Below are positions 7,779 to 18,858 of a stretch of DNA of 64,000 bases, one piece after another. The first letter of the stretch is position 1, and each line of letters begins with the position of its first letter. The position numbers were made by a program, and so were the translations under genes. The stretch is from an uncultured beta proteobacterium (GTDB lineage: Bacteria; Pseudomonadota; Gammaproteobacteria; Burkholderiales; Casimicrobiaceae): positions 309,624 to 373,623 of the forward strand of contig CAWAOF010000033.1 in NCBI GenBank assembly GCA_963783525.1, given 5' to 3'. Under the pieces are notes generated by a model. That model saw only the letters and a list, made by a program, of their open reading frames with translations. It had not been told where the DNA came from and ran no database searches.

Positions 7779-8728
7779 GCATTCTCCCCCGCGCTCTTCA
7801 CCGCGTGCCGCAGGTAGAACGCGGCGCCACCCGCCGCGACCAGCAGCGACAGCAGGCACAGCGCGTTGGCGACCGCATAATCCGCGTGGGTGTTGATCCG
7901 GTAGGCGACATCGACGGTGATCATTGTCGGCGAATTCGGATTGATCATCAGCGGCACCGACAGCACCGACAGCATGGTGACGAACGAGAGCACGACTCCG
8001 ACCAGCACGGTCCCGCGCACCTGCGGCAGCACGATGTCCCACAGCACCCGCCAGCGCGGCGCGCCGAGGTTGCGGGCGGCCTCGATGTGCTGCCGGTCGA
8101 GGGAGGCCATGGCGCCGGCGACGAGCAGGGTCACGAACGGCGCCTGCTTCCAGACGAACGCGACAACGATGCCGCGCCAGTCGAGCAGACTCTGCGTCGC
8201 CAGCGGCTCGACGAGCCCGACGCCGATCAGCACGTGATTCAGCATTCCGTTCTTCGCCAGGAACGTCCGCATCACCTGACCGGCGACGACGAACGGGATG
8301 AACAAGGGCCAGCGATACAGCCAGCGCAGAACAGCTACCGCGCGCGGGTTCTCGCCGAGCGTCAGGTAACCGGAGATCGCCACGGCGACGATCGCGATCA
8401 GCGCCGAGGACAGCAGAACGATCGCCAGCGTGAAGACGAGATCGGTCGTGTAGAGCTCGAACGACTTCTCGAAGTGCGCGAGGGTGAAGCTGCCGTCTTT
8501 CGCGCGGAATGCGGTGGCGAACGAGATGCCGAGCGGGACGATGAAGAACGCGACGACGATCGCGAGCGCCGGTGCGATCAGCGCGAGGCCCGCGGCGCGC
8601 CCGCGGTTGAGCGCCGCGGACGCCGATGGTGCGGCACTGGCGTCGCTCACTCCGGCGGCCTCATTGCCCGATTCATGAGATGCCACCGGCGCGTGTCGGC
8701 CACGAGCGCCGATTCGCCCCGATCGCAT
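7775..8728 (-). CDS. ABC transporter permease (PotB/PotH-like)
   Basis: 317 aa, six-TM BPD-type permease with ...HIEAARNLGAPRWRVLWDIVLPQVRG. Confidence 0.85.
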   Translation of the reverse strand: MRSGRIGARGRHAPVASHESGNEAAGVSDASAAPSASAALNRGRAAGLALIAPALAIVVAFFIVPLGISFATAFRAKDGSFTLAHFEKSFELYTTDLVFTLAIVLLSSALIAIVAVAISGYLTLGENPRAVAVLRWLYRWPLFIPFVVAGQVMRTFLAKNGMLNHVLIGVGLVEPLATQSLLDWRGIVVAFVWKQAPFVTLLVAGAMASLDRQHIEAARNLGAPRWRVLWDIVLPQVRGTVLVGVVLSFVTMLSVLSVPLMINPNSPTMITVDVAYRINTHADYAVANALCLLSLLVAAGGAAFYLRHAVKSAGENA

Positions 8729-8776
8729 CCCCGCGCGCTACCCGCGCGCGGGGCCCCTGCTCCCAGGACCACGTCG

Positions 8777-9925
8777 CTACTTCAGAACAACGCGCTCGTA
8801 GCCTTCGACGATGTCGGTGAAGTACTCGGAGAGCGGGAACGGCCGGCCGTACTTCGCCAGGTCGGCGGGCGAGATGTCGGTGAAGAGCTTGCTCCACGCC
8901 GCCGGCGTGAGCTTCGCCTGAACGTACTGCGGGTCGATGCCCGGGTACCAGTTGAACTGCCTGACGATGCCGTCGGCCTGCACTTCGGGGCTCTCGGCCA
9001 GGTCGATGAACTTCTTCGCCAGCGCCGCATTGGCAGCCTTTGCCGGAATGACGTAGTACATCGGCTGGCCCGGCAGGCCGGGCTGCGGCAGCGCAAGCTT
9101 GATCTTCGGGCTCATCTTGCCGTCGGCCTGCCACGTGTAGAACATGTCGACCCACACGGGGCCCATCGCGATCTCGCCCCGATTCAGCATGTCGAGCGTG
9201 CCGGCGTTGCCGGGCGTCATCACGACGTTCTGGTTGAATTCCTTCAGGCTCGCGAGCGACTTCTCGATGGTCGCCTTGTCGCCTGCGGCGTACGGCCCCT
9301 TCTCCAGCTTCTCGCCCAGTCCGGAGTTCGCCGACACCCAGCCCATCACGAAGCCGACGCCGGACATGCCGCCCTTGACGCCGTTGTACCCGAACTGCTT
9401 CGGATTCTTCTTGACCCAATCGGCGAGCTCCGAGTAGGACTTCGGCGGCGCCTTCACCAGATCGGGGTTGTAGGCAAACGCGATCTGGCTGTGAAACATC
9501 GGCAGCACATAGCCATCGACATTGGCGCCGAGTGCGTTCTTCGCGGTGTCGCGCGATACCAGCTTGCCGGCGGCGACGTCATTCCGGTACGGCATCAGCA
9601 GCTTCTCGTTGACCATTGTTCCCGCACCGCGCTGATGGACCACCGCGACGTCGACGTCCCAGGCGGCGGTGCCGGCCTTCTGCTGTGCCGACAGCTTCTC
9701 GTAGATCTTCTGCGATCCGGCATCACCGGGACCGGTGCCCACCGCGCGCACCTTCACGCCCGGATTCATCGCTTCGAACTTCGGACCGAGATAATTGGTG
9801 ACGTAATCGACCATGTTCTGGTCGCCGGCGGTGACCACGTTCAGCGTGATCTGCGCCGAGACGGGCAGCGCCGCGGCAAATGTGAAGACCGCGGCGGCGG
9901 CGGCAACGACGTGACGAAAACGCAT
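8777..9925 (-). CDS. ABC transporter periplasmic substrate-binding protein (family 1, PotD/PotF-like; substrate unknown)
   Basis: 382 aa with a signal peptide (MRFRHVVAAAAAVFTFAAALPVSAQ). Confidence 0.8.
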   Translation of the reverse strand: MRFRHVVAAAAAVFTFAAALPVSAQITLNVVTAGDQNMVDYVTNYLGPKFEAMNPGVKVRAVGTGPGDAGSQKIYEKLSAQQKAGTAAWDVDVAVVHQRGAGTMVNEKLLMPYRNDVAAGKLVSRDTAKNALGANVDGYVLPMFHSQIAFAYNPDLVKAPPKSYSELADWVKKNPKQFGYNGVKGGMSGVGFVMGWVSANSGLGEKLEKGPYAAGDKATIEKSLASLKEFNQNVVMTPGNAGTLDMLNRGEIAMGPVWVDMFYTWQADGKMSPKIKLALPQPGLPGQPMYYVIPAKAANAALAKKFIDLAESPEVQADGIVRQFNWYPGIDPQYVQAKLTPAAWSKLFTDISPADLAKYGRPFPLSEYFTDIVEGYERVVLK

Positions 9926-9934
9926 CGAACCCTC

Positions 9935-10978
9935 CTAGGTGCGTGTGGTGGAATCGCGGGGAAACAGCATCAGCGCGGCGCGCGGAACGGCAACGCGCGC
10001 GCTCGCCCCTTCGGCCATCCGCTCAGGCGCGTGCACCCAGATCTCGGTGCCGCCCGCCCGAACGCGATAGCGATAGCCCTGCCCGATGTAGAACGCCTGC
10101 GCGACGACGCCCGGCAGCAACAGCGCGTCGGCGGGAGCCTGTTCGGCGGCGGCGAGGAGCCGCGCCGCGTCGCCACGAAAATGCGCACGCACCGCGCGCC
10201 CGGTCCCACCGCCGCCGGCTTCCGCCAGCGTGCCATCGGCGCGCACGACGAGGTCGAGCCCGTTGTCGGCGCCCATGAACCCGGCGACGAACGCGGACGA
10301 GGGCCGGTGGAAGACGTCCTCCGGCACGCCGTACTGGACGATGCGACCGGCGTCGATGACGGCGATGCGGTCGGCGAGCGTGAGCGCCTCCTCGCGGTCG
10401 TGGGTCACGTAGACCGCGGTGATGCCGATCCGCTGCTGCAGCGCGCGCAGCTCGTGCCGCAGCTCGAGGCGGACCTTGTAGTCGAGGTTCGACATCGGCT
10501 CGTCCAGCAGCAGCAACGAAGGATTCACCGCCAGCGCCCGGCCGAGCGCGACCCGTTGCCGCTGGCCGCCGGAGAGCTGCGTCACCGATCGCGGCGCGAA
10601 ACCCTCGAGCTGGAGCAATGCCAGCATCTCGTCGACACGCGCGGCGATCGCGTCCTTCTTCCAGCCGCGCATCCGGAGCCCGTACCCGATGTTGGCGGCG
10701 ACGGTCATGTGCGGCCACAACGCGTACGACTGGAACATCATTGCCGTCCCGCGCTGTTCGGGCGGCAGGCGCGTGATGTCGCGCCCGTCGACGCGAATCA
10801 CGCCCGCTTCCGGTGCTACGAAGCCGGCAATCGCGCGCAGCAGCGTCGTCTTGCCGCAACCCGAGCTTCCGAGCAGCGCGATCATCTCGCCGCGGCCGAC
10901 GTCGAGCGACACGCGGTCCAGCACGCGCGTCGCCGCATAGGAGACGGTCAGCGCCTCGATCGAGAGGTACGGAGTCAT
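9935..10978 (-). CDS. ABC transporter ATP-binding protein (PotA-like, with C-terminal TOBE-like domain)
   Basis: Start MTPYLSIEALTVSY. Walker A GSSGCGKTT, signature LSGGQRQRVALGRAL, Walker B LLLLDEP. Confidence 0.9.
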   Translation of the reverse strand: MTPYLSIEALTVSYAATRVLDRVSLDVGRGEMIALLGSSGCGKTTLLRAIAGFVAPEAGVIRVDGRDITRLPPEQRGTAMMFQSYALWPHMTVAANIGYGLRMRGWKKDAIAARVDEMLALLQLEGFAPRSVTQLSGGQRQRVALGRALAVNPSLLLLDEPMSNLDYKVRLELRHELRALQQRIGITAVYVTHDREEALTLADRIAVIDAGRIVQYGVPEDVFHRPSSAFVAGFMGADNGLDLVVRADGTLAEAGGGGTGRAVRAHFRGDAARLLAAAEQAPADALLLPGVVAQAFYIGQGYRYRVRAGGTEIWVHAPERMAEGASARVAVPRAALMLFPRDSTTRT

Positions 10979-11249
10979 CGGTTCGAGCGGTCCGCCCGTG
11001 GCACGCCCGCTGCGCAGTATGACGCGAATGGGAAGCTCTCGCAAAAACGTCGCGGCGCGGCCGTTCGCACGCATCCCGGGATGCGCGATCATCGATGCTG
11101 TGGTACATCAGGTCGAATTCGGGCGAGAACGCGAATGCCGCGGTTTCGCGGTTGACTTGCATCAACACCGAATCGCTCCAACCGGGCAGCATGGGCGGTG
11201 TGCGATTACAGGTACAGAACATGCGGAGCCGCATACCCATTTGATCCAT

Positions 11250-14121
11250 ATGGAAAAGATCGCCATCCCGCTGACCGACGACGAGCTCCGGCGCGCGCTG
11301 GGTGCCATCGTTCCGGGGGAGCGGCTCATCTCGGATCCGCTGCGGCGACTCGCCTACGGCACCGACGCCAGCTTCTACCGACTGGTTCCCCGGCTCGTGG
11401 TCGTCGTCGAACACGAGGACGAGGTCGTCAGACTGCTTGCGCTTTGCCGACGCCTCGGCGTCCCGCTCACGTTCCGCGCGGCCGGCACCAGCCTCTCCGG
11501 CCAGGCGGTCACCGATTCGGTGCTCGTGCTGCTGGGCGACGGTTGGCGCCGCTGCGAAATCAGCGCCGGCGCGGACACGATTCGTCTGCAGCCGGGCGTC
11601 ATCGGCGGCGTCGCCAATCGCCGGCTGGCGCCGTTCGGGCGCAAGATCGGCCCCGATCCGGCGTCGATCGACGCCGCGATGATCGGCGGCATCGCGGCCA
11701 ACAACGCCAGCGGCATGTGCTGCGGCACGGCAGACAACAGCTACCGGACGCTCGCCGCGATGCGCGTCGTGCTCGCCGACGGTGCCGTGCTCGACACCGC
11801 GGATCCGGCAAGCGTCGCGGCCTTCCGCTCCTCGCATGCGGAGCTGCTGGCGACCCTCGGCGCGCTCGCGCACGAGACGAAGGGCAATGCCGCGCTGGCG
11901 GAACGCATCCGGCACAAGTTCCGGATCAAGAACACGACCGGCTACAGCCTCAATGCGCTCGTCGATTACGACGACCCGGTCGACATCCTGATTCACCTGA
12001 TGATCGGCTCGGAGGGGACGCTGGGCTTCATCTCCGAGATCACTTACCGCACCGTGCCCGAGCACCCGTGCAAGGCGAGCGCGTTCACCGTATTCAACGA
12101 TCTCGAAGCAGCCTGCACGGCGGTGACGCTGCTCTCCAGCGCCCCGGTGTCCGCCGTCGAGCTGATGGATCGTCCCGCGCTCGCCTCGGTCGCGCAGAAG
12201 CCGGGGATGCCCGCGAACATCCGTGATCTCGGGCCGAAATGGCGCGGCGCTCCTGATCGAAACGCGGGCGGAGTCGGCCGCCGAGCTCGAACGGCAGATG
12301 ACGGCGGTGGCCGACCTGCTGCGGGCGATCCCGACATTCGGTCCGCTGCGGTTCTCGACCGACCCCGACGAATGCCAGCAGTACTGGAACATCCGCAAGG
12401 GAACGTTTCCGTCGGTCGGCGCGATGCGCGATGCCGGGACCACCGTGGTGATCGAGGACGTCGCCTTTCCGGTCGCGCGGCTCGCCGAAGCGACGATGGA
12501 CCTGCAGGCGCTGCTGCGCACGCACGGCTATGCGAGCGCGATCATCTTCGGCCACGCGCTTGCCGGCAATCTCCACTTCGTCTTCACCCAGGACTTCAAC
12601 ACGCCGGCGGAAGTGACCCGCTACGCGCGCTTCATGGACGCCGTCTGCGACCTCGTCGTCCACAAGTACGACGGCTCGCTCAAGGCCGAGCACGGCACGG
12701 GACGCAACATGGCGCCCTTCGTCGAGCTCGAATGGGGACACGACGCGTACACGCTGATGCGCAGCATCAAGTCGCTGCTCGATCCGGACAATCTGCTGAA
12801 CCCCGGGGTGCTCCTCAATGCCGATCCAGAGGTGCATCTCAAGAACCTGAAACCGCTGCCCGCGGCCGACCCGCTGGTCGACAAGTGCATCGAATGCGGT
12901 TTCTGCGAGGTGAAATGCCCGTCGCACGCACTGACGCTCTCTCCGCGCCAGCGCATTGCCGGCTGGCGCGAGATCGCGCGCCTCGAACGGCGGCCCGACG
13001 GCGGGCAGGCGCCGGCCAAGGCACTGCGCGCGCTCTACGATTATCACGGGATCGAGACCTGTGCCGGCTGCGGATTGTGCGCGACGGCGTGCCCGGTCGA
13101 GATCGAGACCGGCACGCTGATCAAGGCGTTGCGCGGACGGAGCGCGGGCACCGTCCCGCTTCGCGCCGGCGATCGCGTCGCCACGCATTTCGGCCGGGTG
13201 ACCCAGGGCGTGCGCGCCGGGCTCTGGTGTGCCGATGCCGTCCATGGCCTGATCGGCACCGGCGCGATGACGGCGCTCACGGCCGCCGCCCGCACGCTGA
13301 GTGGCGGCCGGACCCCGCTGTGGAGTCCCGCGATGCCGCGTGCCGCGAGCTTCGCGGTTCCCGCGCGCGCCCGGACGAGCTCGGCGCGCGCATCCTCGCC
13401 GATCGTCTATTTTCCGAGCTGCGCAGCGCGAACCATGGGGCCCGACCGGCGCAGTCCCGAGCGCGAGTCGGTGGTCGATGTGACCGATCGCCTCCTGCGC
13501 AAGGCCGGATTCGATGTGATCTACCCCGATGGGGTGGAAGGCTGCTGTTGCGGGCAGCCGTTCGAGAGCAAGGGCCTCGCCGCTTCGGCCGATCGCATGT
13601 CGACCGAACTGGAGGCGGCGCTCAGGCGCGCGAGCGACGACGGACGCATCCCGATCGTCTTCGACACGAGTCCCTGTGCCTACCGGATGAAGCGCCACCT
13701 CGCCGGGCGCCTGCCGGTGATGGACATCGTCGAATTCGCGCACGACGTGCTGCCCGACCGGCTCACCTTCACCCGCCAGCCGCGTTCGATCGCCGTGCAT
13801 CCGGTGTGCAGCCTCCGCAAGATGGAGTTCGATGGCAAGCTCGAGGCCCTCGCCCGCGCCTGCGCGGAGACGGTGACCATTCCCGACGCGGTGCTCTGCT
13901 GCGGCTGGGCGGGCGACAAGGGCTTCACGACGCCCGAGCTCAATGCCCACGCGCTGCGCTTCCTGAGGGAGAGCCTGCCGGCGGGCTGCGGCGATGGGTA
14001 CTCGTCGAGCCGGACGTGCGAGATCGGCCTCACCGATCACTCCGGCATACCCTACCGGTCGATCGTCTACCTGATCGACGCGTGCACAGCAGCGCCGGCT
14101 GCGTCGAAAATGACATCATGA
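11250..14121 (+). CDS. FAD-binding and 4Fe-4S/CCG-domain oxidoreductase (GlcD-GlcF fusion; D-lactate / D-2-hydroxyacid dehydrogenase YdiJ/Dld-like), about 957 aa, one frameshift near 12230
   Basis: N-terminal PCMH FAD domain (...RAAGTSLSGQAV..., ...HLMIGSEGTLGFISEITYRT...). After the frame change: ...HKYDGSLKAEHGTGRNMAPFVELEWG.... Then two 4Fe-4S motifs (CIECGFCEVKCPS, CAGCGLCATACPV) and two CCG motifs (CCCGQPF, LCCGWAGDKG). True ATG (MEKIAIPL) at 11250. Confidence 0.85.
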
Positions 14122-14151
14122 CGACAGGCGATCAGGTCGGCGGTCGACACG

Positions 14152-15922
14152 GTGCTCGGGCGCTACCGGGAAGACCCGCGCTACCTCGTGCAGATCCTGC
14201 GCGAGGTGCAGGAGGCCTGCGACTGGATCCCGCCTGAAGCCATCGACCGGATGCAGGAAGTCATGCGCCTGCCGCGCACCAAGATCGAAGGCGTCGCCGG
14301 CTTCTATTCGTTCCTGTACACGCAGCCGCGCGGCCGGTATCGGGTGCTGTTCAGCGACAACATCACCGATCGGATGCTGGGCAACATGGAGCTGCTCGAG
14401 CACATGTGCCGGCAGCTCTGGGTCGAGCGCGGGAAGATCTCCGAGGACGGCCTCGTCAGCATCGACACCACGTCCTGCACCGGAATGTGCGACCAGGGAC
14501 CGGCGATGCTCGTCAACAACATCGCAGTCACCCGTCTGACGAAGCCGCGCATCGACGCGATCTGCGAGCTGATTCGCACCGCGGCCCCGGTGTCGACGTG
14601 GCCGTCGGAATTCTTCCGGATCGACGACAACGTCCGCCGCGAGGACGTCATGCTGGCATCCGATCCGGACCCGGGTCGCGCGCTCACCGCCGCCCTCGCC
14701 CGCGGGGCCGACGGCCTGCTCGCCGAGATCAAGGCGTCGAACCTGCGCGGTCGGGGTGGCGCGGGTTTCGCGACCGGCCAGAAATGGGAAGCCTGCCGCG
14801 ACGCGCCGGGCGACGCGCATTACGTCGTCTGCAATGCCGACGAGGGCGAGCCGGGAACGTTCAAGGACCGGGTGCTGCTGACCTCGTATGCCGATCGCGT
14901 CCTCGCCGGGATGACGCTGTGCGCGTTCGTCGTCGGCGCGCGGCGGGGCTTTCTCTACCTGCGCGGCGAATACCGCTACCTGCTCGACCACCTGCAGGCC
15001 GTCCTCGCGCGCCGGCGGCGCAGGAACCTCCTCGGCGAGTGCATTCTTGGGCGGCGCCGGGTTCGACTTCGACATCGAGATCCACCTCGGTGCCGGCGCG
15101 TATGTCTGCGGCGAGGAGTCGGCGCTGATCGAGTCGCTCGAAGGCAAGCGCGGCACGCCGCGCAATCGGCCGCCCTATCCGGTCACCCAGGGCTACCTCG
15201 GCCGGCCCACCGTCGTGAACAACGTCGAGACCTTCGCGGCCTGCTCGCTGATCGCCCGCAACGGCGGCGGATGGTATGCGCGCATCGGCACGCAGGGCTC
15301 GTCCGGCACGAAGATCCTATGTGTCTCGGGCGACTGCAGCCGGCCCGGCATCTACGAATACCCGTTCGGCGTCACCGTGCGCGAAGTGCTAGCCGACTGC
15401 GGGGCCGCCGACACGCAGGCCGTGCAGATCAGCGGCCCGTCGGGCATCTGCGTTCCGGCCGCCGATTTCGATCGCCGGATCGCCTTCGACGACCTGCCGA
15501 CGGCGGGCGCATTCATGATCTTCGATCACAGCCGCGATCTGTTCGAGGTCGCGCGCAATTTCGTCCACTTCTTCGCGCACGAGAGCTGCGGGTTCTGCAC
15601 GCCGTGCCGCGTGGGGACGTCGCTGCTGCGCAACATGATGGACAAGCTCGCCAACGGCCACGGCTCGCCGTACGACTTCGCCGAAATCGAGAAGATGAAC
15701 AAGCTCCTGCAGGCGATGAGCCATTGCGGCCTCGGCCATTCCGCGTGCAATCCGGTGCTCGACACGATCGCGAAGTTTCGTCCGGCCTACGAGCGACGGC
15801 TCGAGCACGAGGAGTTCAAGCCGGCGTTCGATCTCGACCGGGCGCTGACCGCGGCGCGCCAGATGACGGGGCGCGACGACGCCGAGGCGCATTTCGAGGC
15901 GCCGGAGGGAGGCAACGGATGA
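14152..15922 (+). CDS. hoxF: NAD-reducing [NiFe] hydrogenase diaphorase large subunit (NuoE+NuoF-like), about 590 aa, one frameshift near 15045
   Basis: N-terminus ...VLGRYREDPRYLVQILREVQEA... aligns with R. eutropha HoxF ILERYRSDRTRLIDILWDVQ. NuoF core LRGRGGAGFATGQKWEACRDAPGDAHYVVCNADEGEPGTFKDRVLL. After the shift: GGAGFDFDIEIHLGAGAYVCGEESALIESLEGKRGTPR...ESCGFCTPCRVG. Start codon probably GTG at 14152. Confidence 0.85.
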
Positions 15923-16019
15923 GCGCCGACGGGCCGTCCCGAGGCGCGAATCGCTCCCCCTCGGGGGGCAACGCAGCGGCCGAATTGGCCAATGAGGCCG
16001 CAAGCGTGGGGGCACACCT
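15923..16019. repeat. Single copy of the about 99-bp structured intercistronic repeat, filling exactly the hoxF-stop to hoxU-start gap
   Basis: Sequence gcgccgacgggccgtcccgaggcgcgaatcgctccccctcggggggcaacgcagcggccgaattggccaatgaggccgcaagcgtgggggcacaccta is about 90% identical to the three tandem units at 18859-19149. Confidence 0.85.
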
Positions 16020-16737
16020 ATGAGCGCTACATTCACGCTCGACGGCCGGGTCGTTCCGTTCACCGCGGGGCAGACCATCATCGAGGCGGCGATCGCCGCC
16101 GGGATCTACATTCCCCATCTCTGCTACCACCCGGATTTCAAGCCGCACGGCTCGTGCAAGCTCTGCACTGTCGAGGTGAACGGCCGCCAGATGGCGTCGT
16201 GCACGCTGCGGGCCGAGACCGGGATGGTCGTCCAGAGTGACACCCCTGCGCTCAATGACGAGCGGCGCGCGCTGACGCAGATGCTGTTCGTCGAAGGCAA
16301 CCACTTCTGCCCGTCGTGCGAGAAGAGCGGCGACTGCAAGCTGCAGGCGACCGCCTACGACCTCGGGATGATGTCGCCCCACTACGACCATTTCTTTCCC
16401 GACCGTCCGGTCGACGCCTCGCACCCGGAGCTCCTGCTCGACTTCAATCGGTGCATCCTCTGCTCGCTGTGCGTGCGGGCGAGCCGCGACGTCGACGGGA
16501 AGAGCGTCTTCGCGCTGTCCGGCCGCGGGATCAGGACCCGCCTCATCGTCAATGCGCAAGTCGGGCCGCCTCGCCGACACCGACATCGCCGTCACCGACA
16601 AGGCCGTGCACGTCTGTCCGGTCGGCGTGATACTGCGCAAGCGCCGGGGGTTCGCGGTACCGCTGGGACGGCGCGTGTTCGATCTGAAGCCCATTTCCGA
16701 CTACGTCGACGCATCGGCGAAGATCGACGAGCAGTGA
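16020..16737 (+). CDS. hoxU: NAD-reducing hydrogenase diaphorase small Fe-S subunit (2Fe-2S + 4Fe-4S, NuoG-N-terminal-like), one frameshift near 16555
   Basis: MSATFTLDGRVVPFTAGQTIIEAAIAAGIYIPHLCYHPDFKPHGSCKLCTVEVNGRQMASCT...EGNHFCPSCEKSGDCKLQ...NRCILCSLCVRASRDV... continues in the next frame with ...DKAVHVCPVGVILRKRRGF.... Co-linear with R. eutropha HoxU. Confidence 0.85.
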
Positions 16738-16792
16738 GTCATGAACGGCCCCCACGCTCACTGCGTTCGCTGCCCGCCGAGGAGGCACTGAA

Positions 16793-17344
16793 ATGGATGC
16801 CCCGGTCAAGCGCAAGATCAGGGTGGCGACGACTTCGCTCGCCGGCTGCTTCGGCTGCCACATGTCGTTCCTCGACCTCGACGAGCGGCTGTTCCCGCTG
16901 TTCGAGCTGATCGAGTTCGATCGGTCGCCGTTCACGGACATCAAGACGATCGGCGAGTGCGACCTCGGCATCGTCGAAGGCGGACTCTGCAATGCCGAGA
17001 ACGTCCACGTGCTGCGCGAATTCCGTGCCCGCTGCCGGAAGCTCGTCGCCATCGGCGCCTGCGCAATCAACGGTGGGCTGCCGGCACAACGCAACCATCT
17101 GCGGCTGCCGCTGATCCTGCAGGAGGTCTACCAGTCGAGCCCGGGTCTCGCGAACGGACTCATCCCCAATGATCCGGAGCTGCCGTTGCCGCTCAACAAG
17201 GTCCACCCGCTGCACGAGGTCGTCGAGATCGACTACTTCATTCCCGGGTGCCCGCCGTCGGCGGACGCGATCTGGAAGGCGCTGACCGAGATTCTCGCCG
17301 ACCGGGTGCCGACGCTCGGCCACGGCCTCATCCATTACGACTAG
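16793..17344 (+). CDS. hoxY: [NiFe] hydrogenase small subunit (group 3d)
   Basis: 183 aa, ...KIRVATTSLAGCFGCHMSFLDLDERL...LVAIGACAINGGLPAQRN...IDYFIPGCPPSADAIW, matching HoxY. Confidence 0.85.
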   Translation: MDAPVKRKIRVATTSLAGCFGCHMSFLDLDERLFPLFELIEFDRSPFTDIKTIGECDLGIVEGGLCNAENVHVLREFRARCRKLVAIGACAINGGLPAQRNHLRLPLILQEVYQSSPGLANGLIPNDPELPLPLNKVHPLHEVVEIDYFIPGCPPSADAIWKALTEILADRVPTLGHGLIHYD

Positions 17345-17358
17345 GCGCCAGGTCACTC

Positions 17359-18858
17359 ATGACATTCCCGCTGGAAACCGCTGCCCATCCCGAAAAGCTT
17401 CGCCGCGTCGCGATCGATCCGGTTTCGCGTGTAGAAGGCCACGGCAAGGTGACGCTGCTTCTCGACGAGGCGCAGCGCGTGCACCAGGTGCGCCTGCACA
17501 TCGTCGAGTTCCGCGGCTTCGAGAAGTTCATCCAGGGCCGCCCGTACTGGGAAGTCCCGGTCATGGTGCAGCGGCTGTGCGGAATCTGTCCCGTCAGCCA
17601 CCACCTCGCCGCATCCAAGGCACTCGACGCGATCGTCGGCGCGGTGAAGCTCACGCCGACGGCCGAGAAGATTCGCCGGCTGATGCACTACGGGCAGATC
17701 ATGCAGTCGCACGCGCTGCATTTCTTCCACCTGTGCTCACCGGACCTGCTGTTCGGCTTCGACAGCGAGCCGGCTCGGCGCAACATCGTGGCCGTCGCGC
17801 AGGCCCACCCCGAGATCGCCCGCCAGGGCGTGCTGCTGCGCAAATTCGGGCAGGAGGTGATCCGCGTGACGGCGGGCAAGCGCGTCCACGGCACCGGCTC
17901 GATTCCCGGCGGGGTCAACAAGAGCCTGACGCTGGAGGAGCGTGACTTGCTGCTCGCCGACATCTACCAGATGATCGCCTGGAGTCGCGGCGCCGTGCGC
18001 CTGGTCAAGGACCTGCACGCGCTGAATCCGGCGCTGTACAACAGCTTCGGCGTCTTTCGCGCGAATTTCATGTCGCTGACCGGCATCGACGGGGCGCTCG
18101 ACTTCTATCACGGCCGGCTCCGCGCCCGCAGCGACAACGGCGATCTCATCTTCGACGGCGTCGACTACCGCGGCTACGCGGACCTGATCAACGAGGAGGT
18201 GAAGCCGTGGAGCTACATGAAGTTCCCGTTCTTCACCGCGCTCGGCAAGGAGAAGGGCTGGTACCGGGTCGGGCCGCTCTCCCGCGTGCAGAACTGCGAC
18301 TTCATCCCGACGCCGCTGGCCGAGGCCGAACGGCGCGAGTTCGTCGACTACTCGGGCGGCACGCCGACGCATGCCCCGCTCGCCTATCACTGGGCACGGA
18401 TGATCGAGATGCTGCACGCAGTCGAGACCATCAAGGATCTGTTGCACGACGAGGACATCCTCGGCGACGAGCTCACGGTGGCCGGCGAGCACGCGCAGGA
18501 GGGCGTCGGCGTCATCGAAGCCCCGCGCGGCACGCTGATCCACCACTATCGGGTCGGCGAAGACGATCTGGTGACGATGTGCAACCTGATTGTGTCGACG
18601 ACGCACAACAACCAGGCGATGAACGAGGCGATCCGCAACGTCGCGCAGCGTTACCTGCGCGGGCACGAGATCACCGAGGGGCTCCTCAACCACATCGAGG
18701 TGGCGATCCGCGCGTTCGACCCCTGCCTGTCGTGCGCGACGCATGCGCTAGGCAAGATGCCGCTCGCGCTCGAGCTCGTCGACGCGGACGGGCAGCTCAT
18801 CGACGCGCTCTCTCGCGACGGCGACGGCGGCCTGCGACACGCGGCGCCAGCCCCGTGA
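17359..18858 (+). CDS. hoxH: [NiFe] hydrogenase large subunit (group 3d), 499 aa
   Basis: N-terminal Ni-binding motif RLCGICPVSHHLA and C-terminal DPCLSCATHALG, followed by a roughly 25-aa extension expected to be removed by HoxW. True ATG (MTFPLETAAH) at 17359. Confidence 0.9.
   Translation: MTFPLETAAHPEKLRRVAIDPVSRVEGHGKVTLLLDEAQRVHQVRLHIVEFRGFEKFIQGRPYWEVPVMVQRLCGICPVSHHLAASKALDAIVGAVKLTPTAEKIRRLMHYGQIMQSHALHFFHLCSPDLLFGFDSEPARRNIVAVAQAHPEIARQGVLLRKFGQEVIRVTAGKRVHGTGSIPGGVNKSLTLEERDLLLADIYQMIAWSRGAVRLVKDLHALNPALYNSFGVFRANFMSLTGIDGALDFYHGRLRARSDNGDLIFDGVDYRGYADLINEEVKPWSYMKFPFFTALGKEKGWYRVGPLSRVQNCDFIPTPLAEAERREFVDYSGGTPTHAPLAYHWARMIEMLHAVETIKDLLHDEDILGDELTVAGEHAQEGVGVIEAPRGTLIHHYRVGEDDLVTMCNLIVSTTHNNQAMNEAIRNVAQRYLRGHEITEGLLNHIEVAIRAFDPCLSCATHALGKMPLALELVDADGQLIDALSRDGDGGLRHAAPAP

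Noticed and set aside
7805-11155. 1116-aa plus-strand ORF
   Set aside because: Arg/Asp/Gly-rich low-complexity translation. It is the antisense strand of the well-supported ABC transporter genes (permease, SBP, ATPase), a typical high-GC antisense ORF.
10023-12521. 832-aa minus-strand ORF and other long antisense ORFs (12094-14040, 15816-16694, 17737-18744, 21748-23034, 25590-26840, 28010-29536, 36961-38619, 47161-48864, 48871-50985, 60223-62196)
   Set aside because: Each lies opposite a gene with strong family-level evidence. The sequences are low-complexity Arg/Ala/Gly-rich, as expected for stop-poor antisense frames at about 69% GC.
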